From NCBI GenBank assembly GCA_001643675.2, contig LSRY02000027.1:1116001-1180000 (forward strand): a stretch of DNA of 64,000 bases. Reading direction: 5' to 3'. Below are positions 39,090-51,667 of this stretch, piece by piece. Under the pieces are notes generated by a model, which worked only from the letters and a program-made list of their open reading frames with translations, did not search any database and had not been told where the DNA came from. A program made the position numbers and the translations under genes. The first letter of the stretch is position 1; each line of letters begins with the position of its first letter. This stretch comes from Monocercomonoides exilis PA203 (lineage: Eukaryota; Protista; Preaxostyla).

Positions 39090-39600
39090 AACTGATTCCT
39101 TACGCTTTCAATTACGATTGTGCATTCAACGTTTTAAGGATCTCAAAAATGACACTTGCAGCTCACAGTTAAACATGTATTTCCCATTTCCTCGAAAGAG
39201 GTGAAGGCGTTCCATTCATCCCTCTGAATTGTGTTTCTAGGAAATAAATTGGATTTGATGATAGAAATAAATATGTTCTTTTTCCTATTTGGTTCACTTA
39301 GGATAAGGAATAGCCCTTGTTTTCCTTAAGCATTTCTCTGAACTGCTCCAAATAACCAAATATGTTTGATAATTCGAACTTTATTGATATTTTCTTTTGT
39401 GAAATATCACCTAGTCAATTTCCAAGATAGAATTTGGACCACCAAGAGGTTCAAATGAATTTCCTGGAATTTTCTGCATGGAAGCTTCAGCCAAAAAATA
39501 ATAAAAACTTGCATTCTTTTTTTGAATTCAGAAAAGAATAAAAGTTTTTGTTATTGATAATTAAATGAATTTGTTTTCAAAGATTTGGATGATTTTGTGG
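39090..39600 (-). pseudogene. Second Merlin / ISXO2 transposase remnant
   Basis: Manual translation: EPLGGPNSILE, IWLFGAVQR, TIQRDEWNAF..EEMG..CLTV..HF.DP..VIES. Confidence 0.7.
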
Positions 39601-39666
39601 TAATCAATGTTCTGATTCACAATAAATAAATTGAAAAGAAGACTTTAAGTGTTATTTCGTTGGTAA

Positions 39667-40126
39667 CATGGGGAAAAATACGGACTTAAAAGCTTTTTAT
39701 GCAAAAAGCATGAAAAAACTGTCTCACATTCAACATTTTTGAACTTAGCCAGATTTCAAAATAAATATGATTTTCATATCTGTGAACAAACATCATTGAT
39801 AAAAAAACAATATGTTTTGCAACCTCAAACGTATTTCGAAAAACAAACCCATTTGTTTCAAATTTTTTGATATAAGAAAGTCAATGAAAAGTGCATAATT
39901 TTTAACTGAAAATGCTTGAAGCCAAATATTTTGCCCCATATTTCAAAATAAATATGATTTTCACAACTAAAAACAAACATCATTGAAATAATAATAATAT
40001 GTTTTGCTTTCTCAGTCGTATTTCCAAAAACATACCCGTTTATTTCAAAAATTTTGATAACAAAAAATTCATCTGAAGTGCAAAATTTTTCAATGACAAT
40101 GCCTGAAGTCAAATATTTTGTCCCAC
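39667..40126. mobile_element. MITE M2 (39667-39940) plus a tandem partial copy
   Basis: Closely similar to 44719-44992; internal segment repeated at 39941-40126. Confidence 0.75.
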
Positions 40127-40699
40127 ATTGTGAATATTTTTAATTTGATTTCTTTTTTCTTTTTTCTATCTTTCTTTCTTTCTTTCTTTCTTTTTTCTTC
40201 GATATTGAATGTTTTCTTTATATCTGATTGTTTTCATACAAGTTTTTAACCAATTTCATGTGTCATCAGCACAATGGAACGTATTGTTAAGTTAACATAT
40301 TTTCATTCATCATTTTTTATTTTCATTGAAATTTTTGGTGATAAATTAAACTTATCAAATCAAAAACAAAGGAGATCACACACAAAATGAAAAATCTATT
40401 AACGATTGCGATTAATTATTTAAAAGTTTTATGTACAAATCAATTAAAAAAATATAGATGTTCAAAATGAAAATTCTTTCGTTAGTTGTTTTTGCATAAG
40501 GATGATTTCTTTTTTGCTAACAAAACTTGGGATATTTTTTTCTCCTATAAATAATCAACACTTTTTTCATTTTCTGAAAGAACTTCTCATTTATAAAATC
40601 TCCAAATTACAGCTTTCTCATTTATTGAAACTGTTTCAAATAAACTGTCTTTAAGAAGTAACTGTATCACATTTATTTCTATTATCGAACACAAAATTT

Positions 40700-41790
40700 T
40701 TTAATGAAATTTGTGAATCCAAAAGAGTTCATTGAAGCATTCCGTTCATTTGGTTCGTTTTTGAATTCGAACACGCTTAGCTCCTTTATCCAATCCCCAC
40801 ACACGCTCCCACACTATCTCCTCCAAGTTCCATTTATCAAATTGAACAAAAGAAAATACGAATTCTTGAACAATATACACTTCAGATCACCGCACAAAAT
40901 ACAAACTTAGCTTTTGACATATATCTCCTTCCAAAGGAACACAATGATTGTTCATTCTTTCATTTTTGCTGCATTACAAAAAATATGGAACTTTCGCAAA
41001 AGAAGAATCAGATTTTGCAAAAGCACACATAATATCTTTCAATTTGATATTTGCACATGTGATACTTCTGGAACCTGTTGAAAGTGAGGAAATAAAGAGT
41101 GAAGCTTCTTTTGGCTTTTTCACAATCAAATTTGGAATAGAAGTGATAATCCGATCTAAATCACCAATTATAAGTTCTTCTTTTATTTTTTTGTCGCAAA
41201 ATAATTGGCACCTCCTTTTGTTTTCAAATTGAGTTTGAACATTTTCATTACTGAAGTTTTGAATTCTCTATTTTCTTGCCCAACTTCAAAACAAACAGAA
41301 GAACGAACATGATGTTTTGAATGAGTTTCTGAGAGATAATATAAACTGGGAATGATTGAAGATTTAATTGACTAAATAGAATATCTTAACCCAATTCACA
41401 TCAACTTCAAAAATACATAAACTGGCTTATCCTTCAACTGTCATGCTTTGTATTTCATTGCTTGACAGAATAATGTGAACATTTTCATTTCCCATTCATG
41501 TGATCTTGTAGTGTCGTCACATGAGTGAACACCTCGTTTGAAATATTTCCAAATTGTTTTCTTTCCATATGTCCTCAGAGCAATTGACAAAGAAGATGGT
41601 GAATCGTAAATATGCCTTGGTGTTTTCAAAACAGGAGTTTTGCTCCTTAGTGAAACAAAATAAAGTGGTTTGAGTTCATTTTCATCAACACCATAAAGAT
41701 CTTTTTTTTTCAAATTGCACAATCGAAATGAATCATCAGTCGTGATTTTTTCGACATCTGTGTATGGTTTCTGTTTTGATTGCAATATTT
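40700..41790 (-). pseudogene. Tyrosine recombinase YR3 (subtype III)
   Basis: PRH..SPS..LRTYG N-terminus; KPKEASLF..LSTGSRSITC, NHCV.LEG, DKWNL, WGL.K; truncated near the HxxR motif. Confidence 0.75.
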
Positions 41791-42191
41791 TTCATATCAA
41801 AAATTTTGTGTATTCCTCAGAATAATGAACAATCACTCGTTGAAAAGTGAAATTAGTAATTTTGAATGTTTATCGCATTTTAGAACTTCCAAGATTATCC
41901 ATTTTCAAAATGAAAATTTTGATAAACATTTCATTCATGCAATTTTTCTGTTCATCAAATGTTTTTAATATTTTCTTTTAGAATATTGATAATTCAAATG
42001 AAATTCGAACACAAAAAAAGAGTTATTAAAATTTCGTATCATTTGAACATAATTAATTCACAACAATAAAAGAAAAATAATCTTTTATTTTTCTTTTTTT
42101 CCGTTTCAAATCATTCTTATGCAAATAATTTTTCAAAAAAGTTCATTTTGTTTAATTTTCATATATTAATAAAAAACAAAATTTTTCATCA

Positions 42192-42465
42192 TATGGGGGG
42201 AAATATGGATTTTCAAGCATTTTTTGCACAAGGCATTGAAAAAATGTTTCGCTCATAACTTTATTTCGCTCTCTCAGATTTCCTAATAAATTTGATTTTC
42301 ACATCCTTAAACAGGTATCATTGAAATCTTAACATGAAGTTTCCCAACATTTCACGAATGTTAAAAAATGGACCCATTTTTATTGTGTTTTTTGATATGA
42401 AAAAGTCAATGAAAAGTGCATAATTTTTCAATGAAAATGCTTGATGAAAAATATTTTGACCCATA
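42192..42465. mobile_element. MITE M2 copy, flanked by M3-like arms
   Basis: TATGGGGGGAAATA...TATTTTGACCCATA. Confidence 0.8.
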
Positions 42466-43039
42466 TGTCAAAATATATTTAAAAAGTTCCTTTTGCTAAA
42501 TTTTCAGGTTAAAATGAAAAATGAATATTTTCATCAAATTTTCATTCCAACTCACAAAAATTCACCGTCATGCAGATTAATGCTTGATAATGTTTTTATT
42601 CACATGCTGGTGAAGTTTCGTGAATTTGAATAAAAATTTGAAAAAATAACTTTTATTTCATATTTCTTGAGAATCAAACAAAAGAAACTTTTCAAACAAA
42701 GACATTTATTTTCTCACACATTTTTATCAATTCATTTTTTTCACTTGTTTTTCACTCCTTTTCTTTAAAAAACAAATCAAAATAATGATAAAAAGTGTAA
42801 AAATAATAGTGATTCAAATAATAACTTTTACTGGATAACAAGTTGGAAAATTTGTTAATGAAGAAGAATCCAATTTAACTGAAAGATTTCCTAAAGAATA
42901 ATTGAATTTTGTATTTCAGAGAAAAAATACTACTAAACTGACATTTGTACAGTTCAATCATGAAAAATAATGGGGATATCATCGTTGCTGGAAAAAGTTA
43001 TTTTGTCCAAATTGAAAAACATAAAAATAAAAATACTAA

Positions 43040-43246
43040 CCCTCGTTAATGATACAAATCAACCAACTTCAAAGAATGCAGCATAAAAATTTGTAAAATG
43101 AAAGAAATCAAAAAGTGTTGCTTTTCACAACACAAATAGTTTTATACGACATTTAGAAAGAACAACTAGGTGCTTGGGTTAAATGAACACTTTGCAAAAG
43201 ATATAGATTCAATACAATTTCCAATTGAATTTGAATGTGGTTGTAG

Positions 43247-43278
<32 letters not shown>

Positions 43279-44350
43279 AAAGACTGTCATTGTTGTGCAG
43301 GTTTTGTTCAATCTGTTGTCGTTTCATCAATTTTAATAACTCAAACAAAAACAAATGATTGACAAATTAATCAAAAACAAAACAAAAATATTTATACTAT
43401 TGTGAGCTTGCTTTTGATTAATAAAAGCCTTAAACAAAAAGGTTAAAGAAAAGAACAATTAGTCACATTTGATATTCAATATTTGATTAACAGCATACCA
43501 GATAATTCCGAATTTAAAGTGTGCGATGCGTCGTTGTTTCTTTTTGCTTTGCGAACTGGTTTACGAGATGTTTCTTGCAGTGGTATCAGATTGTGTAATA
43601 TTCGTAATGTTATAATTGAAGAAGATGGAACAATATTTTAAAAAAATCAGACAAATAAAAATTAAAAGAAAAGAAAATTTGAACCATGTTGAAACATTGG
43701 AATATCAGAATGAAGAAGATGTTGATTTGAAAGTCATCTGTTGGATGAGATAACATTTTTCAAACAAATTCAAAATGGATTTGTTTGATAAAGATAAATG
43801 GCTGGTTGAGGATGAAAGGAAGGATTTTATTTGGACAAGCAAAACTGATGTGATAAGGACGAGATTGAAGAAAAGATTGGATCAATCTGGATTTCCTTCG
43901 GAATCATTTGGATTTCATTCATTGAGAAGTGTATTATTGTGTTCGACTTAAATGAATGCATGTTCAAACAAAGGACTGAAGAAATTGATATTGGAAACTT
44001 GTGCAACTGTTGCAGGATAGATTCCATTTTTTTTTTCGTAAATTGCATATATCAAGAAAGCTACATCTCAAACTGCAATGGTTCCTCGTATTATTATTAT
44101 CAACAAAAACACACCGAAAAAAACGTTTATTGATGACAGATTGCTAAAAATAGAATCTTTCTATAAATTCAAATTGGAATCACAGTCATGCAATGGAGAA
44201 ATTATCTTCTCAAAATTCAATCGTGATATTGTGAATTTATTGAAATAATTAAGAAAAGGACAGAAAAATGATCAGATAACAAATACATATGTATTTCGAA
44301 AGAAATTGTGAAAGTTTGCTGAGGAAAATGAGGAGTTGAAAGAAAAGGCC
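43040..44350 (+). pseudogene. Tyrosine recombinase YR4 (subtype I), absent from the ORF track
   Basis: Manual translation: KSLKQ, SIPD, SLFLFALRTGLRDVSC, NHV, FGFHSLRS; colinear with YR1. Confidence 0.8.
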
Positions 44351-44718
44351 AAATAAAAATACTTTCCAAAGCTTTGAAAGGCTTTCCTGTTTTTCATAAT
44401 TCAATCAAAGATCATATCAGAGATGATATATCCAAAAAAAAAAATTTTTTTTAAATAAAATAAAAAATACCAAAAAAAGTGAGAAAGAGAGGGATGGATA
44501 GTTAGAAATAAAGTTATATTTGAGTTCCTTTCAAATTTATATTTTCTTTTCAATAAATTCGCAATAATAAGTATATCTTTTATTAAATCCATCGTAAAAA
44601 GAAATGCAATGTTTTTTTTCAAAGAATATGATTGTTTTTGAAATCATAACTTATTTCGGTGTACTTATCATAATGAAAATTCATTATCATTTGCTTTTAA
44701 ATTATCATCCATATATTA

Positions 44719-44992
44719 TATGGGGGAAAATTCGTTCTTTCAAGCTTTTTATGTACAAAGCATGAAATAACTGTTTCACTTATAACATTTTTAAACTTTA
44801 TCAGATTTCAAAATAAATATGATTTTCATATCTGTGAACAAACATCATTGATAAAAAAACAATATGTTTTGTGACCTCACATGTTTTTCAAAAAATAAAC
44901 CCATCTGTTTCAAATTTTTTGATCACAAAATGTTCATCTGAGATGCATAATTTTTCAATGAAAATGCCTGAAGAGAAATATTTTGTCCCATA
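44719..44992. mobile_element. MITE M2 copy
   Basis: TATGGGGGAAAA...TATTTTGTCCCATA. Confidence 0.8.
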
Positions 44993-45414
44993 TGTTTATC
45001 AATCTTTTCAAAAGCCAAAGTTTGAAATGAAAAAATAGAAAAAGAAGAAAAAAACAATACATTAACTTCACGATAATCATTTGCAAGGATATAAAACCAT
45101 TTTCAGACCAAATTTTTTGACAGCAATAATATGACATTGTAAATAATCACCAAAATGAATAATCATTGTGTTTTCAATCTGTGTCCAATTTTTTTTCTGA
45201 GAAAAGTTCATATTTAGTAATTATATTTCCGAAAATTTATTGAATTAGAGTTCAAAGCCTTTTCTCTCGATTCTTTTTTTCGATATTTTTTTGTGACTGT
45301 TTATTATCAAGTTGCAATATAAAACCGAGTACGTAATTTTATGAAAAAAAGAGATTTCATTTCGATATTAATTTTTAAATTTGAAAATTTTTGTTGTTTC
45401 CAAATCAATGAATA

Positions 45415-45470
<56 letters not shown>

Positions 45471-45699
45471 CTATTCCTGATTTCTTTGTTTTCAGTTCAT
45501 CTATTGCATTAGCTTATTGATGAATTGAAAAGTATTTTTCATTAATAAAAAATCAAACTTTAAATGACTTTTTTCATTTCAAAAATCAACACTCAAAAAA
45601 ATTGTTTTATATTGATTCAATGATATCCTGATTTTTTTATTCAACAATTTGTGTCTTTTTTTTTTTTTTTTTGTTTTCATTTTGGTTCGTTTGAATGTG

Positions 45700-46620
45700 G
45701 TTTATCAGGTAACAACAAACATCGTTGCTGTCTTCTCAAGCACTGCCTTCTTTGAATCTTCATTTTTTCCACTCTTTATGAGGGCGGAGTATATGAATCC
45801 ACTTCGAATAGAGTGGAAGCAAAAAAGATTCATGGGATATCCTGCATATTGGTCCTTCATTTTGAATTTTTCTCTTATTACGTCTGTCGAGATTGGCCAA
45901 ACAGGCCTTTCTTCATCAACTTCCTCTCTCTTCATCATCCACTCACTCAATCTGGCACCAACGCTTTTATTCAAATGCATTGAAAGCCAATAAACAGCAT
46001 CATCATCACGGCAACTCTCCTCCTCTCCTTCCATTGAAACATGATGGTTCCAACGAGAGGAACCTTTTTTCCTATTGTAGGAAAGTATTACAAGAAGTCT
46101 GTTTGTTTCTTTCTATTGAACAACTCCTTTAATGTGACACATTTTAAGGCCAGATAACGTTATTGCTCTTGCGCAAGTTTGGACGCCTACAGGATATAGC
46201 GAGACATCCAAATATTTAGAGTCCAGCTCATCACGGAGATAATGGACAATACGAGCAAAGTCCGAAATCAGCGCAGGTTCCCTTTCTTTTACTTTTTTAT
46301 TGACTTCTTTACCTTTCCTTAGACTTCTGATTGCTTCATTAATTGTTGAATTAGTTATGCTATTTATTTTCTTTCCCATTTTTTCTATATTTATTCTTTT
46401 GATTGATGTGGTAATGACGTATGCAATGCTTGTCAATGAGAAGTAACATTCTTTTCTGTGGAAAAGAATGAAGCCCTTCGCAACAAGAGGATGAACAGTC
46501 CGTATTTTACGCTCCACAAGCTAACTTAATGATTGAAGAAACCTCTGGACGCATGCGTTTTTTCATATCCAAGCTTCTGACTTCAAAAGATTGGACTTCA
46601 CGCCCTGAAGAACCTTATGA
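45700..46620 (-). pseudogene. Tyrosine recombinase YR5 (subtype II)
   Basis: EPALISDFARIV, SLY..VQTCAR, STDVIREKFK, FHSIRSG, AVLEKTA. Confidence 0.85.
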
Positions 46621-46846
46621 TTTCCAACTTTAAAAAGTCAAGTTTATTAATTTATTTATTTTTCGAAAAAAAAAATTCACATTTGCAGTTCAAAATTCAT
46701 GAAATAATATTTTTATATACAAATATCTTTTCACCCGAAGAAATTTTATTGAAATGGAGGAAAAAGTCTTGATAAGAATTTATTTCCATTTCAGTTTTTT
46801 CTCATAAATGCATTCGCTTTTTTGAAAAAAAAGAAAAATTTAATTA

Positions 46847-47119
46847 TATGGAGGAAAATACAGAATTTCAAGCATTTCTTGCACAATGCATTGAAAAATA
46901 ACTTCGCTAATAACTTTATTTCACTTTTTCAGATTTCAGAAAAAATTTGATTTTCACATCCTTAAACAGGTATTATTGAAATCGAACCATAAAGTTTTCC
47001 AACATTTCACGAATGTCAATAAATGGACCCATTTTAATTATAATTTTTGATCTCAAACAGTCATGAAAAAGTACATAATTTTTCAATGAAAATTTTTGAA
47101 ACAAAATGTTTTTCCCAAA
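46847..47119. mobile_element. MITE M2 copy at the truncation point of YR6
   Basis: Closely similar to 42192-42465. Confidence 0.75.
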
Positions 47120-47575
47120 ATGAATAAACTAACGCAATCCCAATAAATTTCACAAATCCATACATGGATTTTGCGTCAAGCGGAAAAGGTTCATAATGAT
47201 ATGCTTGACAAAACAAAATGTACATGACAAATGACCACCGATGAGATTTGAATGTTTCTCGAGAAGTTGGAATTCCACGTTGAATGTATGGATTGAAAAC
47301 ATTTTCTCCAAACGTTCTCAATCCACGACTGAAACGGCTTGGTGTTTCAGAAAAATGTCGAGGAGAAGAAAGAAGATGAGTTGAAACTGTTAATGATGTT
47401 AAATCAATAGATTTTAACATTTTCTCATTCACATTTCAATAAATGTCTTTTTAATTGTGAACAATTTTTAAAGAATCATTATCAGCAACTTTGTCGTTAA
47501 AGATTGTGTGTTCATTATTTTTTTCTTAAAGATGATTTTTCAATGATAAAAGTTTCATTTTCTGTTTTGGAGACA
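47120..47575 (-). pseudogene. N-terminal part of tyrosine recombinase YR6 (subtype III)
   Basis: SPRHFSETPSRFSRGLRTFG..RG..SHRW..MYILFCQA aligns with the YR3 N-terminus. Confidence 0.7.
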
Positions 47576-47848
47576 TTTTGAATTTTATTAAAAAAACATT
47601 CTATTTTTTTTTTTCTTTTTCTTTTTTTTTTTTTTTTTAGTAGTTTTAAGTTTTTAACACTTCATCGTTGTTTTGAAAATCTGCAATAGAAGCAAAACTT
47701 TTTTTTTTCAAAATAAAAATCCAATAAGAGCTTATTTTTATATCTTCCATTTCAACAAATTTGTTTCTGTTATAATTTAATTTTCATTTCAGATATACAT
47801 TGATTTCTGAATTCGCTTAGATTATCGTTATATTTATATGAATGTGTA

Positions 47849-48107
47849 TTTGTGTTTATTTTTTTAAATCAATTTTTTTCGTTGAAAAATTTGACTTGAA
47901 AATATATTTTGCATTTTTGTCAGTGAACATTGAAAAGTGATTACACCGTCTACAAAAAAAAAGTCATTTATGAAGCTCAAATGTGTGCTTTTTTGAACAA
48001 TTGCAATTTTTTTTATACTCGAATGATAATTTTCAAGAAATTGACAAACGAAAATCAAAAAATCGAAACTCCGAAAAAAGTTATGATTTCAAAAATAATC
48101 ACACAAA
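47849..48107. mobile_element. MITE M1 copy
   Basis: Ends CCGAAAAAAGTTATGATTTCAAAAATAATCAC as in 13358-13389. Confidence 0.7.
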
Positions 48108-48129
48108 TATTCATATCAAAAACACAATT

Positions 48130-49500
48130 TCTGCAATAGGGAACGAATGGAGAAAATACAAGGACCGGTCTGCAGCACTTGAAGAACAAAATGTGTCATT
48201 GGATAGAAAAAGAACAAAGCCAACATTTTTGGAAAATGCGTTGAACGTGGTCAGCAAAAACAGAATAAAAAAATATTTTGATGAGCCACGTCACTATTCC
48301 AATTCAACATAAAAAAAACACACTTGAATTTTTCGTTTGAACAATTCATTTGCACAGTGTTTTGATTTTCATCCATTTCCAATGAATAAAAAATGTGTGA
48401 CAGGATTTTTGCATTTTATGGTTAATGATTGCAAATACTGCGTTTTTTCAATAGAATATGCTATTTTACGATCTTTGAAACGAATTCAACAAAGAATGTT
48501 CAACAAACCATTGGATAAGGATTCGACAGTGTAATCAATTGAATTGTCAGAGAGCTGAAAATGAACAAATCATTGAAGCAAAGATGTGAAGGAAAACAAC
48601 CTCTTGCAACTTTCGATATGAGTTATTTAATCCACAGTATCCCAAATTATTTCACTGACAAAGCTTCAGAAGATTCTTTGTTTTCATTTGCTTAACATAC
48701 AGGAGAAAGGGCAATAACTTGCTGTAGTGAAGGATTATGCGATATTATAAAATTCAGGGAGAAAAATGGAAGTTTATTTGTTTATGAAAGATTATTGAAA
48801 TGCAAAAGGAACTTCGTATTAGAATCCTCCTTTCACATTGGAGAAATAATCTGAAGAAAATATATCTCTTAATGTTGTGTATAAGTTGGTGAAATTAATT
48901 CAGAAAAAATTTTCTTTGGATTTGCATAATGAGGAGTTCTGACCTGTAAATGAATATGGAGATAAGTTTCTTTTGCCATATAAAATTGCTATGATGCGAA
49001 CGAGATTTTATAAAGACTGGAGTTTTCAAACTATCCTTTGCAAGAGTTTGGATTTCATATATTTGGGAAGCGATCTGTCAAAATTGTTTCGAAAAGTTCC
49101 TTTTAAATAATTTTCAAATAATGAAAAATATTTGACAATTAGATAAAATTTCTGTTTTCACTCATGTAACTTCACTAAAATGGAAATATAAATATTTTCT
49201 CGATTTTGTTTTCATTACAGCGAAGTTTCATGAGTGGAAACAGAAATTTTATCAAAATATGAAATTCATATTTTTATAGAAAATTAATCAAAAAGAACTT
49301 TTCTAAAAAATTAAGTCATCTCTATTCTCAGTTAAATAGGACACAGTAGAAAATATTATTGAAAGAGTTGTCTCGTTGGAAACAAGTGCTTTAATAGCTG
49401 AGCGAATTCCTTATTCAAAGACTGAAATGATTAATGACAATAAAGTTGCATCATAAAATTTCATCGGAAACAAGAAAGAATATTCATCATTTATTGAAAA
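48130..49500 (+). pseudogene. Tyrosine recombinase YR7 (subtype I); MITE M3 inserted about 49074-49320
   Basis: NKSLKQ..GKQPLAT.D..Y..SIP, TGERAITC, FGFH, LETSALIA. Confidence 0.75.
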
Positions 49501-50125
49501 GAAGACAATTCAAAACAAATAATTAATGCTGTATCAAACATATTTCACGTTTATTGAATGACAAACTCATTTTGTTCAAATTCGATCATTCGATATTAAA
49601 TTTCTTTTATTTCATAAAAAATGTTATATAAAATTGAACAACAATTTGTAATTTTAATTAATTCTGTCTTTTTCCAATCAATAAGAAATAGAAATTGTCT
49701 GTAATAAAAAAGATTCTTAACAAAAAGCCAAGTCCAAAAACCCTTAACATATTTTTTTTATTGAATGTTCCTTTTGAAAAATTATCATATAAAATGAATA
49801 ATTCATATTTTAATCAAAAATGTTGTTCGCATTCATGGATCAGCATTTGAATAAATGAAATTGTTTTGTTATTCATTTATTCGTATTGATGTTATGTTTT
49901 ATGTGTGGGAACAAAAATTTTATCAAGGTTTGAAATTATTTTTTTATTTGAAAAATATAACAACAAGTTTATTATGAAAATTCATTTATGCCAAATAACA
50001 ATTAATTCAATAATGAAAAATCCATTAATAAATAAATGAACAAATTATTTTTAAAATTAATAAATCAATAAATTTATGAATGCATAAATAAATAATTTAA
50101 TAAATAAATAATTAAATAATTAAAT

Positions 50126-50179
<54 letters not shown>

Positions 50180-50189
50180 GGGTTGATCA

Positions 50190-51350
50190 AAAGGATCCAC
50201 ACAAAATTATTCACACCTTCCAACACTTCATCTGGATTGTTTATTCGATTTGCAATAATTGTACTTTTTCTTGTTTTATCAACATAATTCACCTCCACTT
50301 GCGATCCTGATTTCCATTTCGTAACAAATGCTGCTGTTTCAAGAAAGTTTTCTTTGAGTTCAGGTTTATTTCCAATTTTCAAAAATGCTGAACTGATAAA
50401 ACCTGATCTCAAAGAGTGAAAACCAAATAATTGTGAGGGGTACCAAGTTTGGAATGATCTTTTTTGAAGCCTTGCTCTCATCGCACACTTCCTCAATCCC
50501 CACAAAAATTGCACCCCCATCCTTCCTAAATTCCATTTGTCGTATTTTGTTAGTGATAATCCATATTCTTTAACAAGAAACTCCTCCAGCCACCAGACAA
50601 CATTCAAAGTGTGTTTTTCTGTGATATTTCCTTCAACTGTTACACAATGGTCGTCATTTCTTACCCCTTTTCCACATGCTAAATTAATTGTTACCTTCAC
50701 AAATGTTGATGAATAATTTACATACACCTTCACAATATCCATTAGTCTTATTTTTGAACATGTGTGGCTTCGCACCCCTGTGGACAAAGCAAAAAGAAAC
50801 AAAGAAGCCTCTCTTGGTTTTTCAACAAACCAATCAGGAATGCTCGAAAGTATCACATTCAAATCAGGAACAATTAGTGGTTCCTTATGTTTTGACACAC
50901 ATTTTGCTTTTCAAATATGCCCCTTCTCAAACATTTCATTTCGTTGAAATTGCACTTCAGACTCCTCCAAAAGAACAAGTTTTCTGACAACTTAATATAC
51001 AAATGTGTTTGTTCTATTCCAAGACAAGAAGCATTGCAAAGGGATTATAGAATCTCTAATGCTTTTCAATGAATAATTCAAAGCAGTCAATATTAACTTT
51101 TCAAAACCATACGTTGCTTCTCCTTCTACAGGCAAACGTTCTTTTTTGTATCTATTTCAAGATAATGGGAACCATGGATTTGAAAAGAGAATAATCACTT
51201 TTTTTATTCATAATTGATTTACAATTATTTCGAAAATTGACAACTATTTTTTGGTTTTCATATTGTGATTTCAGAAAAAAAACAAACCAATTTTCAATGG
51301 GATTAAATGTGTTTAACTCTTGGAAGTACTTGATTTTCAGTCTGAACAAT
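50190..51350 (-). pseudogene. Tyrosine recombinase YR8 (subtype III); catalytic domain open, N-terminus broken
   Basis: LFALSTGVR, CGKG, FHSLRSG, VTKW, VNY: full R-K-HxxR-W-Y set in ORF 50074..50898. Confidence 0.88.
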
Positions 51351-51393
51351 TATGTTAAATCATAGTATTCATTGTTGCAATAAAAACAATTTA

Positions 51394-51667
51394 TTTGGGG
51401 TAAAATATTTGACTTTAGGCACTTTCATTGAAAAATTGTTCACTTTTCATTGACTTTTTTATATCAAAAAACACAATAAAAATGGGTTCATTTTTTGACA
51501 TTCGTGAAATGTTGGATAACTTTATGTTTCTTTTTCTACGATGCCTGTTCACATATATTATAATCCAATTTATTTTGCAATCTGATTGAGTTTAGTAAAG
51601 TTATGAGTGAAACAATTATTCAATGCCATGTACAAAAAAAGCTTGAAAGTCTATATTTTCCCCCATT
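51394..51667. mobile_element. MITE M2 copy (inverted)
   Basis: Reverse-complement match to 42192-42465. Confidence 0.75.

Noticed and set aside
34870-51350. DIRS/Ngaro retroelements or prophage integrases
   Set aside because: No RT, RNase H, gag or phage genes seen; the context is eukaryotic
32752-51667. CRISPR array or ncRNA genes from the recurring repeats
   Set aside because: The repeats are dispersed 250-275 bp TIR elements with no repeat-spacer periodicity; no tRNA or rRNA recognised
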